Source: Patescibacteria group bacterium
GTDB taxonomy: Bacteria; Patescibacteriota; UBA1384; UBA12157; JAENIV01
Direction of reading: 5' to 3'
Assembly (NCBI GenBank): GCA_049515915.1
Contig: JBEKTP010000007.1
Location: 2,401 to 66,400 of the forward strand
DNA: 64,000 nt
A model generated the notes under the pieces. The model saw only the letters and a list, made by a program, of their open reading frames with translations, had not been told where the DNA came from and searched no databases. Each line of letters opens with the position of its first letter. Positions within the stretch are counted from its first letter, which is position 1. Below are positions 40,011 to 50,066 of this stretch, piece after piece. A program made the translations under genes and the position numbers.

Positions 40011-41080
40011 AAGTTCTTTCGGTTATCTTGAATCTTTTGAATTTTAGAAAAGCTAATATACTTATTTTCCAAATCTCTCAAGATCACGCCAGGCTTATAA
40101 GACATTTTCTCGATTTTTTCTTTGAGCAAATGTTTTCTGATCAGAGTTTCTGGTTCATTATACCCGCAGAGGGCACGCATTGAAGTCGTCCCTGAAAACC
40201 GCGGGTTGATTTCAAAAACATAGATGTCTTCTCCGTCTTTTCGGCATTGAATATTGAGCGGACCAGTTGAACCCAAAGCACTGGCCACCTTCTCACAAAA
40301 CGCGCGAATCTCAGGATAATCATCGGCCGTACCTTGAGAAATGCCGGTCGAAATGGTGTAGGTAGCGTCTTTACGATAATCCTTGACCGCTTGTTTGATC
40401 GAAAGTGCGCCTTTAACCAGGCGTTTCAAAGCAAAAGAGCCCAAAAACTGGCCTTTGAGCGAATGTAAAACGCCAACCGTATATTCCTCTTCAGGCGAAC
40501 CGATATATTCTTGAATAATGACCGAGACATCTTGTTTTATCAAATACTCGATAAAAAATCTGAGTTCCTTCGGATTTTGGGCAATAAATACTCCCCGGGA
40601 GCCGCCACTACCAATATAAGGTTTGGCGACGACAGGAAATTTAAGACCTTTTCTGATATCGCTCTTATCTTTGGGGATATAGGTTTGGGGAATCTTGAAA
40701 CCCTGTTTTTTCAGAAATAGAAAAGTTTGCCATTTGTCGAGACAGGTTGAAATGACCTGATGATTATTAACTAGTGGTAAAATTCCCTCTCTTTCAAATT
40801 CGGTCCTTTTTTCGGAAATAACCAGGAGCTCGGCTTCCGAACCAGGAATTAAAATTTTAGCCTTTTCTTTTTTGCAAATATCCAAAAGAATTAAAATGTA
40901 ACTCGGATCGGAGACTTTTGGCACAAGATAGGCCTTATCAACAGCGTACAAACCCAGACTCAAGGGTGAAATATCTGTACCGATCATTCGGTATTGTTTG
41001 CGACCAAGCTTCAGCGCCTTCATGCACTGTCGACCAACCCCACCGCCGCTAACACCGGTAATGACCACTGGTATTTTCAT
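40007..41080 (-). CDS. ATP-grasp domain protein
   Basis: IPGSEAEL, CLDKW, KP-x3-GGSRG, IQEYI, EYTV and FEINPRFSG. Confidence 0.9.
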   Translation of the reverse strand: MKIPVVITGVSGGGVGRQCMKALKLGRKQYRMIGTDISPLSLGLYAVDKAYLVPKVSDPSYILILLDICKKEKAKILIPGSEAELLVISEKRTEFEREGILPLVNNHQVISTCLDKWQTFLFLKKQGFKIPQTYIPKDKSDIRKGLKFPVVAKPYIGSGGSRGVFIAQNPKELRFFIEYLIKQDVSVIIQEYIGSPEEEYTVGVLHSLKGQFLGSFALKRLVKGALSIKQAVKDYRKDATYTISTGISQGTADDYPEIRAFCEKVASALGSTGPLNIQCRKDGEDIYVFEINPRFSGTTSMRALCGYNEPETLIRKHLLKEKIEKMSYKPGVILRDLENKYISFSKIQKIQDNRKNL

Positions 41081-41081
41081 C

Positions 41082-41747
41082 TTAACCTCTTTTTAGGATG
41101 TCAATTAATTCGTCACTTAGCCCGTAATTTTTAACTGCCTCAATGACCGGCCTTTGATCGTAGGCAACTCTGATAATATCTACTTTTCTGGTTTTTGTGT
41201 TAAAAATAGCGGCCGAAGCTAAAGGGTTATTGTCTCGCGGCTGCCCGCATGAACCAGGGTTAATCACCATCTTTTCGCCTACTTTTTTAACCAGTGGATA
41301 ATGGGTGTGGCCTAAGATAATCACATCTGCGTTAACCTCATTAAATTTCTCAAATCCTGAAAAATCCGGATAAACCCGTTCGCTAGTGTTCCAAGGACTC
41401 TCGTGATCGATCTCGATTTTTATACCATCAAGCTCGACCCTGAGATATGGCTTAGTTTTCTTCAGCCAAGCAAGATTTTCCTTCGAAATAATTTCCCGAG
41501 CTACTTTAAGAGAATCGTTAATCACCTTGGAAGCCATTTCTTCTTCGCCCAAGAAGGTCCGATCATGATTACCTTTGATAAAAATCACTCGGTGTTTCTT
41601 TAATTCCTCAAAAACCTCGTTGACAAATGGATAGTAACCGACAATATCACCCGCGCAAAGGATTACGTCAACGTCTTTTAACTTCTCCAAAACAGCCCGC
41701 AGGCCATAAACATTGCCATGAATGTCGGAAATAATCCCTATTTTCAT
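41082..41747 (-). CDS. Calcineurin-like metallophosphoesterase
   Basis: SDIHGN, GDIVGY, GNHD, GHTH and NPGSCGQPRD. Confidence 0.93.
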   Translation of the reverse strand: MKIGIISDIHGNVYGLRAVLEKLKDVDVILCAGDIVGYYPFVNEVFEELKKHRVIFIKGNHDRTFLGEEEMASKVINDSLKVAREIISKENLAWLKKTKPYLRVELDGIKIEIDHESPWNTSERVYPDFSGFEKFNEVNADVIILGHTHYPLVKKVGEKMVINPGSCGQPRDNNPLASAAIFNTKTRKVDIIRVAYDQRPVIEAVKNYGLSDELIDILKRG

Positions 41748-42643
41748 TTTCTCACCAAATATTTTAGATATTCTCTAATACCTTTCTCAACGTCATATTT
41801 CGGCTTAAATTTAAGGATTTTCTTGGCTTTTTTAATATTAACTCTGAGCCGATAATTTTCTTGATTATCCACTCCTTTGAAAATAATTTTTGATTGACTC
41901 TCAGGAGAGTTGGCCAAAATCGTCTTTGCTAATTCCAGAGAAGAAACCGATTGCCCGCTGCCGAGATTAAAAATATTCGATTGCTTGCTTTTTATAGCCA
42001 GCAGAAAAGCGTCGGTCAGATCATCAATGTAGATAAAATCCTGGGCCCTTTTGCCTTGACCAAAAACTATTAAATCCTTCGATTCAAGAGCATTTTCTAA
42101 AAAAATATTTATAACTGTTTTTAATCTTTGGCCAGGACCATAAGGAGCGGTGATCCGAAAACCAACAAAAATTTTGCCCGTTGCCTGGGCATATTGACTA
42201 GCAAGCATTTCACTAAATAGTTTACTTAACGAATAAAAATTACTTGGGTGAGTAGGATGAGTTTCGTCGACACTTTTAAAAAGTGGCTGGCCGATAACAG
42301 AAATACTGGAAGCATAAATAAATAGTTTTGCACTTGAAAGGCTGAAAGCATCTAGAAGATTTGAAGTACCTAGGAAGTTGTCGTCAAAAATCTTTTTTTC
42401 CTCAAGCGAACCGCTGAATTTTAGCGGTACGGCGGCCGCTAAGTGAATCACCGCGTCAAATTTATGGCGGCCAAAAAAATCCTGAACTTTTTTACCGCTC
42501 TTCAGATCCAAGGCATGAATTTTTAAGCCGGCGATTTTATCTTGCTTAAGGGCCAAACCAGTTACCTGATGACCTTTGTTTTTCAACTTTAAAAAAAGGT
42601 TTGAGCCAATAAATCCGGTTGCACCAGTTAGTAAAATCCTCAT
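41744..42643 (-). CDS. NAD-dependent epimerase/dehydratase
   Basis: TGATGFIG, HLAA, SS, YSLSK and YGPG. Confidence 0.92.
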   Translation of the reverse strand: MRILLTGATGFIGSNLFLKLKNKGHQVTGLALKQDKIAGLKIHALDLKSGKKVQDFFGRHKFDAVIHLAAAVPLKFSGSLEEKKIFDDNFLGTSNLLDAFSLSSAKLFIYASSISVIGQPLFKSVDETHPTHPSNFYSLSKLFSEMLASQYAQATGKIFVGFRITAPYGPGQRLKTVINIFLENALESKDLIVFGQGKRAQDFIYIDDLTDAFLLAIKSKQSNIFNLGSGQSVSSLELAKTILANSPESQSKIIFKGVDNQENYRLRVNIKKAKKILKFKPKYDVEKGIREYLKYLVRK

Positions 42644-43494
42644 TTTTGAGCTTCAATTCTAAAATACTTAAAAGGGTTCCGGGTCAATGGCAAAGCTAAT
42701 CTTAAGTGATCCTCCATATAAAGACCGATTTTAGGGTTCAGGTCGTGTATGACCTTGCCTTCCTGCCAGAACCAATTGTAGATCAAGTCCACTTTCTTAA
42801 AACCGGCCTTAAAAAACAACTCTTTGATTTCTTCTTCTTTAAAGCCGCCTTCATGACCGGCCACATATTCGGCGTCTCTAACTGTTTCGCTATCCAAACC
42901 TTCTGTTAAATCCCCAATTACCTTGGTCATGTGGCAGATAGCGTCGACGTCAACTTTAAAAAGAGATGAAAGATCTTTCTGATTTTCCTTGGCAATATTG
43001 CTAACAGCCAACCTGTAATAATAATTTGGATCCAAATCGGAGTAAAAAATTCCCCCTTTCTTCAACACTCGGTATGATTCCTTAATTGTTGTCAGAGGAC
43101 TGGACAAATGATGAAGAAAAGTATAACCAGTCACGACGTCGAAGGATTTATCGGAAAAAGGCATTTTATCAGTGCTAGTTTCAATTAATTTGATTTTGTG
43201 GCCTAATTTTTTTCTTCGAAATTTCTTTTCCGCCACTTCAAGCATCGCCGGGGTGATATCTACCCCAACCAGTTCTTTAAAATACGGCGCCGCTAATTCC
43301 AGAATAAAACCAGTACCACAACCGAGATCTAATAAGCTTTGGCCGCTGGTGTTATCAGCAAATCGTTTGAGGAGTTTCTTAACCTTAGCCTGGTTCTCCG
43401 GTCGAAAATGAGGTTGCGATTTCTCGTAAATCTTCACTAACTTAGTGTGATAATCAATATTCGCTTCAATATTTCTGGGGCTTTGTCGGGTCAT
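42640..43494 (-). CDS. Class I SAM-dependent methyltransferase
   Basis: LDLGCGTG, GVDITPAML, FD and LHH. Start reassigned to ATG 43494 (ATGA overlap). Confidence 0.92.
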   Translation of the reverse strand: MTRQSPRNIEANIDYHTKLVKIYEKSQPHFRPENQAKVKKLLKRFADNTSGQSLLDLGCGTGFILELAAPYFKELVGVDITPAMLEVAEKKFRRKKLGHKIKLIETSTDKMPFSDKSFDVVTGYTFLHHLSSPLTTIKESYRVLKKGGIFYSDLDPNYYYRLAVSNIAKENQKDLSSLFKVDVDAICHMTKVIGDLTEGLDSETVRDAEYVAGHEGGFKEEEIKELFFKAGFKKVDLIYNWFWQEGKVIHDLNPKIGLYMEDHLRLALPLTRNPFKYFRIEAQK

Positions 43495-44021
43495 TTTACT
43501 CCTCTTTTTTTTAATTTTTTGGCTGGCACGCCGGCCCAAACCTCGAAATCTGGCACGTTTTTGGTCACCACCGCTCCGGCCCCAATTTGGACTCCCTCTC
43601 CGAGAGTGACACCCGGTAAAATGATGGCACCAATGCCGATATCACTGTTTTGAGAAATCTTAACCTCTTTGACCGAAAGCTCCGAATCAATGATCGGTAT
43701 TTTACGATCTTTACCACGATGAGACGAGGTGATAATCTTCACTCCGGCACCAATGCCAACGTTTTTACCAATTTCAATCCCGCCCAAGCCATTAATGAAG
43801 CACTGCGGACCAATCCATGCCCCGGATTTGATCAAGATTTTTCCTCGGTAATTAGCGTCGATAATCGTGTCATAACCGATATAGACGTTATCTTCAATTA
43901 CTATACTTTTAGGATGAAAGACCCTAACCCCTGGCTCAATCACCACATTTTTGCCGATTTTACCAAAGTCTCGGCGCTTAAATTTTCCTGAACCATGGGA
44001 CTTATAGCGGTGTTCGTTCAT
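43491..44021 (-). CDS. Hexapeptide-repeat acyltransferase
   Basis: ITSSH and GAGAVVTK-x7-AGVPAK. Confidence 0.92.
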   Translation of the reverse strand: MNEHRYKSHGSGKFKRRDFGKIGKNVVIEPGVRVFHPKSIVIEDNVYIGYDTIIDANYRGKILIKSGAWIGPQCFINGLGGIEIGKNVGIGAGVKIITSSHRGKDRKIPIIDSELSVKEVKISQNSDIGIGAIILPGVTLGEGVQIGAGAVVTKNVPDFEVWAGVPAKKLKKRGVK

Positions 44022-45094
44022 TTTCTTCTCTTTTCGTTATAGCTTCGGAGGGAGCTAACGTCAAGATTACGGAGTATTTTTTTCACAATCTTTTGGCCAT
44101 CATGGTAATTTTCAATAAACCGGCGGCCTTTTTTGGCCTGAGCCAGACGTTCTTCGGGCTTCATCTTGAGCACCATCTTTAGTTTCTCATAGATATTTTT
44201 GGAATCAACGTTGATCATTGGTGGATTAAGGTGTTTTTTTCTTATCACCTCCGGATTGAGGTAGCCTAAAACAACTTTGCCAAAAGCAAGTGACTCGGCC
44301 GCAAAGACACCGTACCAGCCACCATATAAGCTGTCGACCACAATATCGGCCCGCTCTAATTCCTCAAGGATGACATGGTGAGGTTTTTTCTCCATGATTT
44401 TAAATTGAAAACGGAAGCCCTCTTTTTTAAGACGTAAAACCGCTTTTTGGAGGTGTTTTGTTCCTTTTATCCCCTGATCTGAGGGCGCGTGAAGCACAAT
44501 CGGTTCGGAGTGAGTGGCGTAGCTGGGACGGTATTGATTAAGATTAAAAGGAATCCACAAATTGCCGTATTGGGCTTTGCCTAAGAGCTCAGCATAATCC
44601 TCTTGAGCTAAAATCAAATCAGCATACTTTTGCGCCCCCAGAGCGACCTGTTTTTTTAAACAGTTGTCACACTTAATTTGACAGCCCTGGCAACAGTAAT
44701 GCTGGCTGTGACGATAACGGATATCACAACCGACAAAGGTCATGACGATCTTTTTATTAAATAATTTCAGAATTGGTAAATCTAAATTAGTAAAATAGCG
44801 GTTTTTAAAGAGCCAAAAGGTGTCCCCAAAAAGAAAAATAAAAACATCATAAGTAAAAAGTGATTTAATAAAATATCCTAACAAATATATTGGTCTTAAA
44901 ATTTTTGGCTTTTGATCTAAATTAAGCGAAAAATCATTCGAGTTTCCCTTTTCATATCCGAAACTGTGCGGCCAGTAGGTCACACAGGAAGCTTGATAAC
45001 CCAGCGATCGTAAGATGCTGGCGTAACTGGTGCCAATTCCTGCCGGGTTGCTCAAGCCGATGAAGAATCTTAGCTTTCGCTTGTTTTTTCTCAT
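44018..45094 (-). CDS. GT-B glycosyltransferase-like protein with Cys cluster
   Basis: GCDIR, CCQGCQIKCDNC, HAPSDQGIKGT and ADIVVD. Start at ATG 45094 (ATGA overlap). Confidence 0.8.
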   Translation of the reverse strand: MRKNKRKLRFFIGLSNPAGIGTSYASILRSLGYQASCVTYWPHSFGYEKGNSNDFSLNLDQKPKILRPIYLLGYFIKSLFTYDVFIFLFGDTFWLFKNRYFTNLDLPILKLFNKKIVMTFVGCDIRYRHSQHYCCQGCQIKCDNCLKKQVALGAQKYADLILAQEDYAELLGKAQYGNLWIPFNLNQYRPSYATHSEPIVLHAPSDQGIKGTKHLQKAVLRLKKEGFRFQFKIMEKKPHHVILEELERADIVVDSLYGGWYGVFAAESLAFGKVVLGYLNPEVIRKKHLNPPMINVDSKNIYEKLKMVLKMKPEERLAQAKKGRRFIENYHDGQKIVKKILRNLDVSSLRSYNEKRRK

Positions 45095-46134
45095 AGGTCC
45101 TGACAAATCGGGTTCTTTAAAGCCGCTTTTTTTACCCTCTGAAAATCATCATAATTATCCCTGGCTCGCCGCATCTCTTCCCCTACCTTTAGACCTGCGG
45201 CTAGGTATTCGATCACCGCTTTCGGCCCTAAGTCAGCCATTGTTTGGCCCATATGACGGGCGCCAACATAGTGTTTGGGATAATAATCGATGTTTGCCGC
45301 CGAAAGTTGCTCGGTTTCAACCTCACCGGCAAACTGAATAATCTTAGCCTCGGGATGGTTCTTTTTAAGCGCTGCTATATCGATGATTCCGCCCCTACCA
45401 ACAAGGGTTTTATCCGAAGTCACATCGGCCATAATAATCCCGTCGACCCTCGTCCAACCCAATTTGGCTAAATCAAAAGGCGCTTTAGATCCAAATAATT
45501 TAGTCTTAGCGCCCAGACTGATCAAAACCTCTTTGAGTTTTGGGCCAAAATTATCACTGGAAATAATCAAGAAATTATTGCCCCAAACCTCTAAACCAGC
45601 CTCAAAAATCATTTTCACCACTAACGGTTTAACATAATCGAAAATCCCGGCTGCTGATTCATTTGTGCCCATGACCATAATCCCTTTTGCTTTGGCCGCC
45701 TCTAAATCTAAATCGCTCGGACGAAATTCCCAAGATTCGTACATCAACGCGATCACGGCTACCTCTTTCATCGCCTCAATAAATTTCTTATCGAGCGGCC
45801 TGAGGGAACTGGAGTTAGTTACGATATCGGCTTCGGATATGATGCCATTACTCAATCGCGTAATCACCTCAATTTGCTCAGTCTGATATAGTCGACTGAT
45901 CTTTCCGATCACACGTTTGGCCTGAGCCGCTGTCGCATATCGAGAGCTCTTGGCATAGGCGATAACCCTTTTGGCCCCGGCTTTGGCGGCGATGATCGGC
46001 CCCAAAGAGTAATAACCGGTGGCCGCTTCAGTTAAAACTGTCAACCCTTTTAGATTGAGCTTAAAGGTCGCAATAGTTTCTTCGATGAGCTTTTTAATCC
46101 GCAAGTCCGTATTATTTAAAACATTCTTAGGCAT
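45091..46134 (-). CDS. Conserved hypothetical protein, possible Rossmann fold
   Basis: 347 aa, translationally coupled. TEAATGYY, DIVTNSSSLRP, MYESWEFR and GIMVMGTNE loosely resemble 2-hydroxyacid dehydrogenases. Confidence 0.55.
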   Translation of the reverse strand: MPKNVLNNTDLRIKKLIEETIATFKLNLKGLTVLTEAATGYYSLGPIIAAKAGAKRVIAYAKSSRYATAAQAKRVIGKISRLYQTEQIEVITRLSNGIISEADIVTNSSSLRPLDKKFIEAMKEVAVIALMYESWEFRPSDLDLEAAKAKGIMVMGTNESAAGIFDYVKPLVVKMIFEAGLEVWGNNFLIISSDNFGPKLKEVLISLGAKTKLFGSKAPFDLAKLGWTRVDGIIMADVTSDKTLVGRGGIIDIAALKKNHPEAKIIQFAGEVETEQLSAANIDYYPKHYVGARHMGQTMADLGPKAVIEYLAAGLKVGEEMRRARDNYDDFQRVKKAALKNPICQDL

Positions 46135-47236
46135 TTAAAGTGTCTTTCAGAGCTTGAGCGATTAAAGAAAGTTCTCGGTCGGTTAAGCCCTCAAAGAGCG
46201 GTAAGGTCAAAGTGTGATGATAGGCATAATCAGAATTTTTCAAATCGCCTGGGCGATAGCCGAACCGACTAAACGCTGGTTCACGGTGCAAGGCATAAGT
46301 GCCGATGGTAGTTTCGATGTTTTTTACCCTCATCAACTCGATAATTTTATCCCGATTGACTTTTTCCGGCAAAACTATCACAAACGACTGGAAATTAAAA
46401 TCGACGTCTTTTGGCTCGGCTGGCAACTTCAGATCTGGAATTTTCGAAAGAAGCTTGATCAACTTCCGGGCCACTTTCTGGCGCGCTTTAACGATTTTGC
46501 CTAAGTTCTCCAACTGGGGCATGCCCATGGCCGCCTGAATTTCACTTAAACGATAATTGTAGCCGGCCTCGACAAAGCTCAATCCTTTATCCGTCACCAC
46601 CGAGCCATGGTTTTTCAAAATCTCAATTTTTTGGGCGATTTTCTTCGAGTCAGTTACGATTGCCCCGCCTTCACCAGTGGTAACCACTTTCCTCGGGTGA
46701 AAACTGAAACAACCGATATCCCCCCAAGCCCCCAGATATTTGTCATGATATTTTGTGCCAATGGCGCAGGCGGCATCCTCGATTAGAAGTAGCTTATGTT
46801 TCTTGGCGATTTTCAGGATTTTTTCCATTGGCGCCGGATAGCCAAAAGCATGAACCACGATAATCGCCTTTGATTTCTTGGTGATCTTTTTTTCTAGATC
46901 ATCCGGATCCATACAAAAAGTCTTTAAATCAACATCAACAAAAACTGGTTTGGCTCCGACGTGGACCACCACATTCCCGGTGGCCGGGAAACTAAAATCC
47001 GAAACTAGCACCTCGTCACCGGCCTTGACGCCACCGGCCACCAAAGTCAGATGCAAAGCAGTAGTACAAGAAGTCACCCCGTAGGCATATTTTTTGCCCA
47101 AGATTTTCGCTAATTTCTCTTCAAAGGCATGAAGATATTTGCCTTTAGTTAACATGCCGGTTTTGGCAATGTCTTTGAGCGCTAAGCGGACTCTCTTTTC
47201 GTCAATTTTTGGCCGAATTAGTGGAATTTTTTTCAT
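46127..47236 (-). CDS. DegT/DnrJ/EryC1/StrS aminotransferase
   Basis: SCTTALH, IEDAAC and FSFHPRKVVTTGEGG. ATG 47236 preferred as start. Confidence 0.93.
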   Translation of the reverse strand: MKKIPLIRPKIDEKRVRLALKDIAKTGMLTKGKYLHAFEEKLAKILGKKYAYGVTSCTTALHLTLVAGGVKAGDEVLVSDFSFPATGNVVVHVGAKPVFVDVDLKTFCMDPDDLEKKITKKSKAIIVVHAFGYPAPMEKILKIAKKHKLLLIEDAACAIGTKYHDKYLGAWGDIGCFSFHPRKVVTTGEGGAIVTDSKKIAQKIEILKNHGSVVTDKGLSFVEAGYNYRLSEIQAAMGMPQLENLGKIVKARQKVARKLIKLLSKIPDLKLPAEPKDVDFNFQSFVIVLPEKVNRDKIIELMRVKNIETTIGTYALHREPAFSRFGYRPGDLKNSDYAYHHTLTLPLFEGLTDRELSLIAQALKDTLNA

Positions 47237-48185
47237 ACCATTCAATCGTCTTTCTTATGCCCTCTTTAAAATTAGTCTTTGCCTTAAAACCAATCAATTT
47301 TTTAGCTAACCGAATGTCGGCCAGATGGCGTCGCACATCGGCCTGTCGAGCTGCTTTCTTGAGTATTTTGCCCTCATAATTCATTTCTTTGGCAATGGTT
47401 AAAATTAAATCTTTAATTTTGAGCTCTCTTCCGGTGGCAATATTTAACACTTTGCCTCGAGTGTCTTTGTTTTTATAAATATCGATCATGCCAGAAACCG
47501 TATCGCCAACATAAATAAAATCTCTGGTTTGGCGCCCGTCACCGCAGATCACTGGCGGTTCGCCGGCCAGAATCTTTTTGACCGTGATGGGAATCACCGC
47601 CGCATAAAGTTTCTCGTTTTGCCTGGGACCGTAATTATTGAAGGGACGAACGATCGCCAAATCAAGCTTAAAATTATTAAAGTAAGACATCACCATCAGG
47701 TCAGCGGAAGCCTTGCCGGCGGCATATAAAGTCTCTGGCATCATTGGGTGATCTTCGCCAATCGGCACGTGTCTTGCCGTGCCATAAGCCTCAGAAGAGG
47801 AGCAGTGGATTAAAGTCTGATATTTTTGGTGGCGCAACAGTCTCAAGAGAACGCTGGCCAAATTGACATTAACCATGTAGGCATCGTCGGGATCGACGAA
47901 GGAATACTCGAGGGCCTTGGTCGCCAAATTGAAGACGACTTCAATCTTTTCGCGGTGCAAAATTCTTTCCATCGCCTGATAGTCAGTCGCATCTTGATCG
48001 ATGATTTTAAGATTTTTGTCAAAATTCTCTTTTGCCTCTTTAAGATTCTCTCTCTTGCCCAAGAAAAAATTATCGACCACCACAATTTTGGCCGGTTTTT
48101 CTAAAATCAGGGCGTCAACCAGATGACTGCCAATAAAACCGGCCCCGCCGGTGACTAAAATGTTCTTATTTTTGAGATTCGGCAC
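47202..48185 (-). CDS. NAD-dependent epimerase/dehydratase
   Basis: TGGAGFIG, SSSEAYG, YAAGK and RPFNNYGPRQ. Confidence 0.93.
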   Translation of the reverse strand: MPNLKNKNILVTGGAGFIGSHLVDALILEKPAKIVVVDNFFLGKRENLKEAKENFDKNLKIIDQDATDYQAMERILHREKIEVVFNLATKALEYSFVDPDDAYMVNVNLASVLLRLLRHQKYQTLIHCSSSEAYGTARHVPIGEDHPMMPETLYAAGKASADLMVMSYFNNFKLDLAIVRPFNNYGPRQNEKLYAAVIPITVKKILAGEPPVICGDGRQTRDFIYVGDTVSGMIDIYKNKDTRGKVLNIATGRELKIKDLILTIAKEMNYEGKILKKAARQADVRRHLADIRLAKKLIGFKAKTNFKEGIRKTIEWYEKNSTNSAKN

Positions 48186-49269
48186 AGTTCCTCATCACCC
48201 TTACAATATATTCTAAATCTTTTTGTTTCAACCCCGGATGAACTGGCAAAGACAAAACTTCTTTGGCTAATTTTTCGGCAATGGGCGTCTTTGACCGATA
48301 ACCCATTTGGCGATAAAATTTTTGCTCATTAATCGGTAACGGATAAAAAATCGCCGTGCCAATATCGGCTTCAGTGAGTTTCTTGAGCACTTCATCGCGC
48401 GGTAAACCAAACTCCGGCGTGATTCGAATGGTGTACTGATGAAAAACGTGTTCGGCGTTTTTATCAACGTGCGGCACGATAAGACCAGCAATTTTAGCCA
48501 GTTTTTTCGATAAAAAGGCGGCGTTTTTTTGACGGGCTTTATTGAAACGTGGCAGCTTTTTGAGTTGCTCGATGCCAATGGCCGCGCCAATATCGGTCAG
48601 CCGAAAATTATAACCTAAAATATCGTGGTAATATTTAACCTTTGAGCCGTGGGCGCGAATGAGGCAAGCTTTTTCATAGATTTCTTTCGAATCAGTCGTA
48701 ATCATCCCACCCTCGCCAGTGGTCATGTTCTTGGTCGGATAAAATGAAAATGCGCCTACCCCGAAGGAACCCACTTTTTTTTCTTTCCACCTCGCCCCGT
48801 GCGCTTGACAAGCGTCTTCGATCACCGTCAGCTTGTGCTTTTTGGCCACCGATATAATCTTAGTCATATTGGCACTTTGGCCATAGAGATGAACCGGCAT
48901 AATAGCCCTGGTTTTTTTGGTGATCGACTTCTTGATTTTTTCAGAATCGATATTAAAGGTTACCTCATCAATATCGACAAAAACCGGTCGGGCGCCGGTA
49001 TATAATATGGCGTTAGCGGTGGCAATAAATGTGAGGGGAGCGGTGATCACTTCGTCGCCAGGACCGATGCCGGCGCTCAGTAAAGCCACATGTAAAGCGG
49101 TCGTGCCAGAAGTCGTGGCAATGGCATATCTTACGCCGATAAATTGAGCAAACTTTTCTTCGAACTCGGCCACTTTCGGGCCTTGGGCCAGCATGCCCGA
49201 TTTTAATACCTCGGTGACCGCTTTAATTTCTTCTTGACCAATTTGAGGTTGGGCGATATTTACTTTCAT
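48166..49269 (-). CDS. DegT-family aminotransferase (WbpE-like by context)
   Basis: SGTTALH, IEDACQAHG and FSFYPTKNMTTGEGG. Confidence 0.92.
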   Translation of the reverse strand: MKVNIAQPQIGQEEIKAVTEVLKSGMLAQGPKVAEFEEKFAQFIGVRYAIATTSGTTALHVALLSAGIGPGDEVITAPLTFIATANAILYTGARPVFVDIDEVTFNIDSEKIKKSITKKTRAIMPVHLYGQSANMTKIISVAKKHKLTVIEDACQAHGARWKEKKVGSFGVGAFSFYPTKNMTTGEGGMITTDSKEIYEKACLIRAHGSKVKYYHDILGYNFRLTDIGAAIGIEQLKKLPRFNKARQKNAAFLSKKLAKIAGLIVPHVDKNAEHVFHQYTIRITPEFGLPRDEVLKKLTEADIGTAIFYPLPINEQKFYRQMGYRSKTPIAEKLAKEVLSLPVHPGLKQKDLEYIVRVMRNCAESQK

Positions 49270-49278
49270 AATTTCCTC

Positions 49279-49977
49279 CTATCGAAGCCAAATATGTTTT
49301 TTATTGGAATCATTTCCTAAAAGCTTATAATCTTCCTTGCTAATTTTAATCTCTAGACCGCAACGGCATTTTCCTAAAACGTGATCAGCCTTTTTTTTAA
49401 AAACTTCAACTCGCCGGCCGCACTGACAAACAAAGCCGCGGATTCTGGCCGGATTGCCGAAGACTAAAGCGAAGTCAAGGACATCTTTGGTAATGACCGA
49501 ACCGGACCCCGCCATGGCAAACTGACCAATCGATACTCCCGGCAAGATGACTGAATGGGCGCCAATCGATGCGCCTTTTTTGAGTTTAATGGTCGTCGCT
49601 TCCCAATCATCGGCTAATTTCAGGCTGCCGTTGGGATTGACCGCCCGAGGAATTTTATCATTAGTAAAGCAAACGTTCGGCCCGACAAAAACACCATCCT
49701 CGATGATGGCTGGATGATAAATAAGAGCATGATTCTGAATCTTGACGTTATCGCCAATTACTGAATCACTATCGATGAAAGCCGAGTTACCAATAATACA
49801 ATTTTTACCGATTTTAGCACCCTGCCGAACTTGGGCAAAATGCCAAATCTTGGTCCCATCACCAATTAAAACATCTTTTTCGATAATGGCCGTCGGATGG
49901 ACAAAATAAGAAGATTTTTCTTTTTTTAAAGGCATCTGCTTTTTTTGATTGGTTTTCTTTCTTTTAATAAAAGCCAT
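49279..49977 (-). CDS. WbpD-like N-acetyltransferase with C-terminal Cys motif
   Basis: HPTAII, TKIWHF, VKIQN, FTND, GNPAR and CQCG...CRCG. Confidence 0.9.
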   Translation of the reverse strand: MAFIKRKKTNQKKQMPLKKEKSSYFVHPTAIIEKDVLIGDGTKIWHFAQVRQGAKIGKNCIIGNSAFIDSDSVIGDNVKIQNHALIYHPAIIEDGVFVGPNVCFTNDKIPRAVNPNGSLKLADDWEATTIKLKKGASIGAHSVILPGVSIGQFAMAGSGSVITKDVLDFALVFGNPARIRGFVCQCGRRVEVFKKKADHVLGKCRCGLEIKISKEDYKLLGNDSNKKHIWLR

Positions 49978-50031
49978 AATCTAAATCTCAAAACTTAGGA
50001 AGCAAACATTATTAATCGTGTTTTTATTTCT

Positions 50032-50066
50032 TAATTTTGCATTTTGACTTTTGAATTTTTAATTTT
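50032..50066. repeat. Intergenic heptamer array
   Basis: taatttt gcatttt gactttt gaatttt taatttt. Confidence 0.65.
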
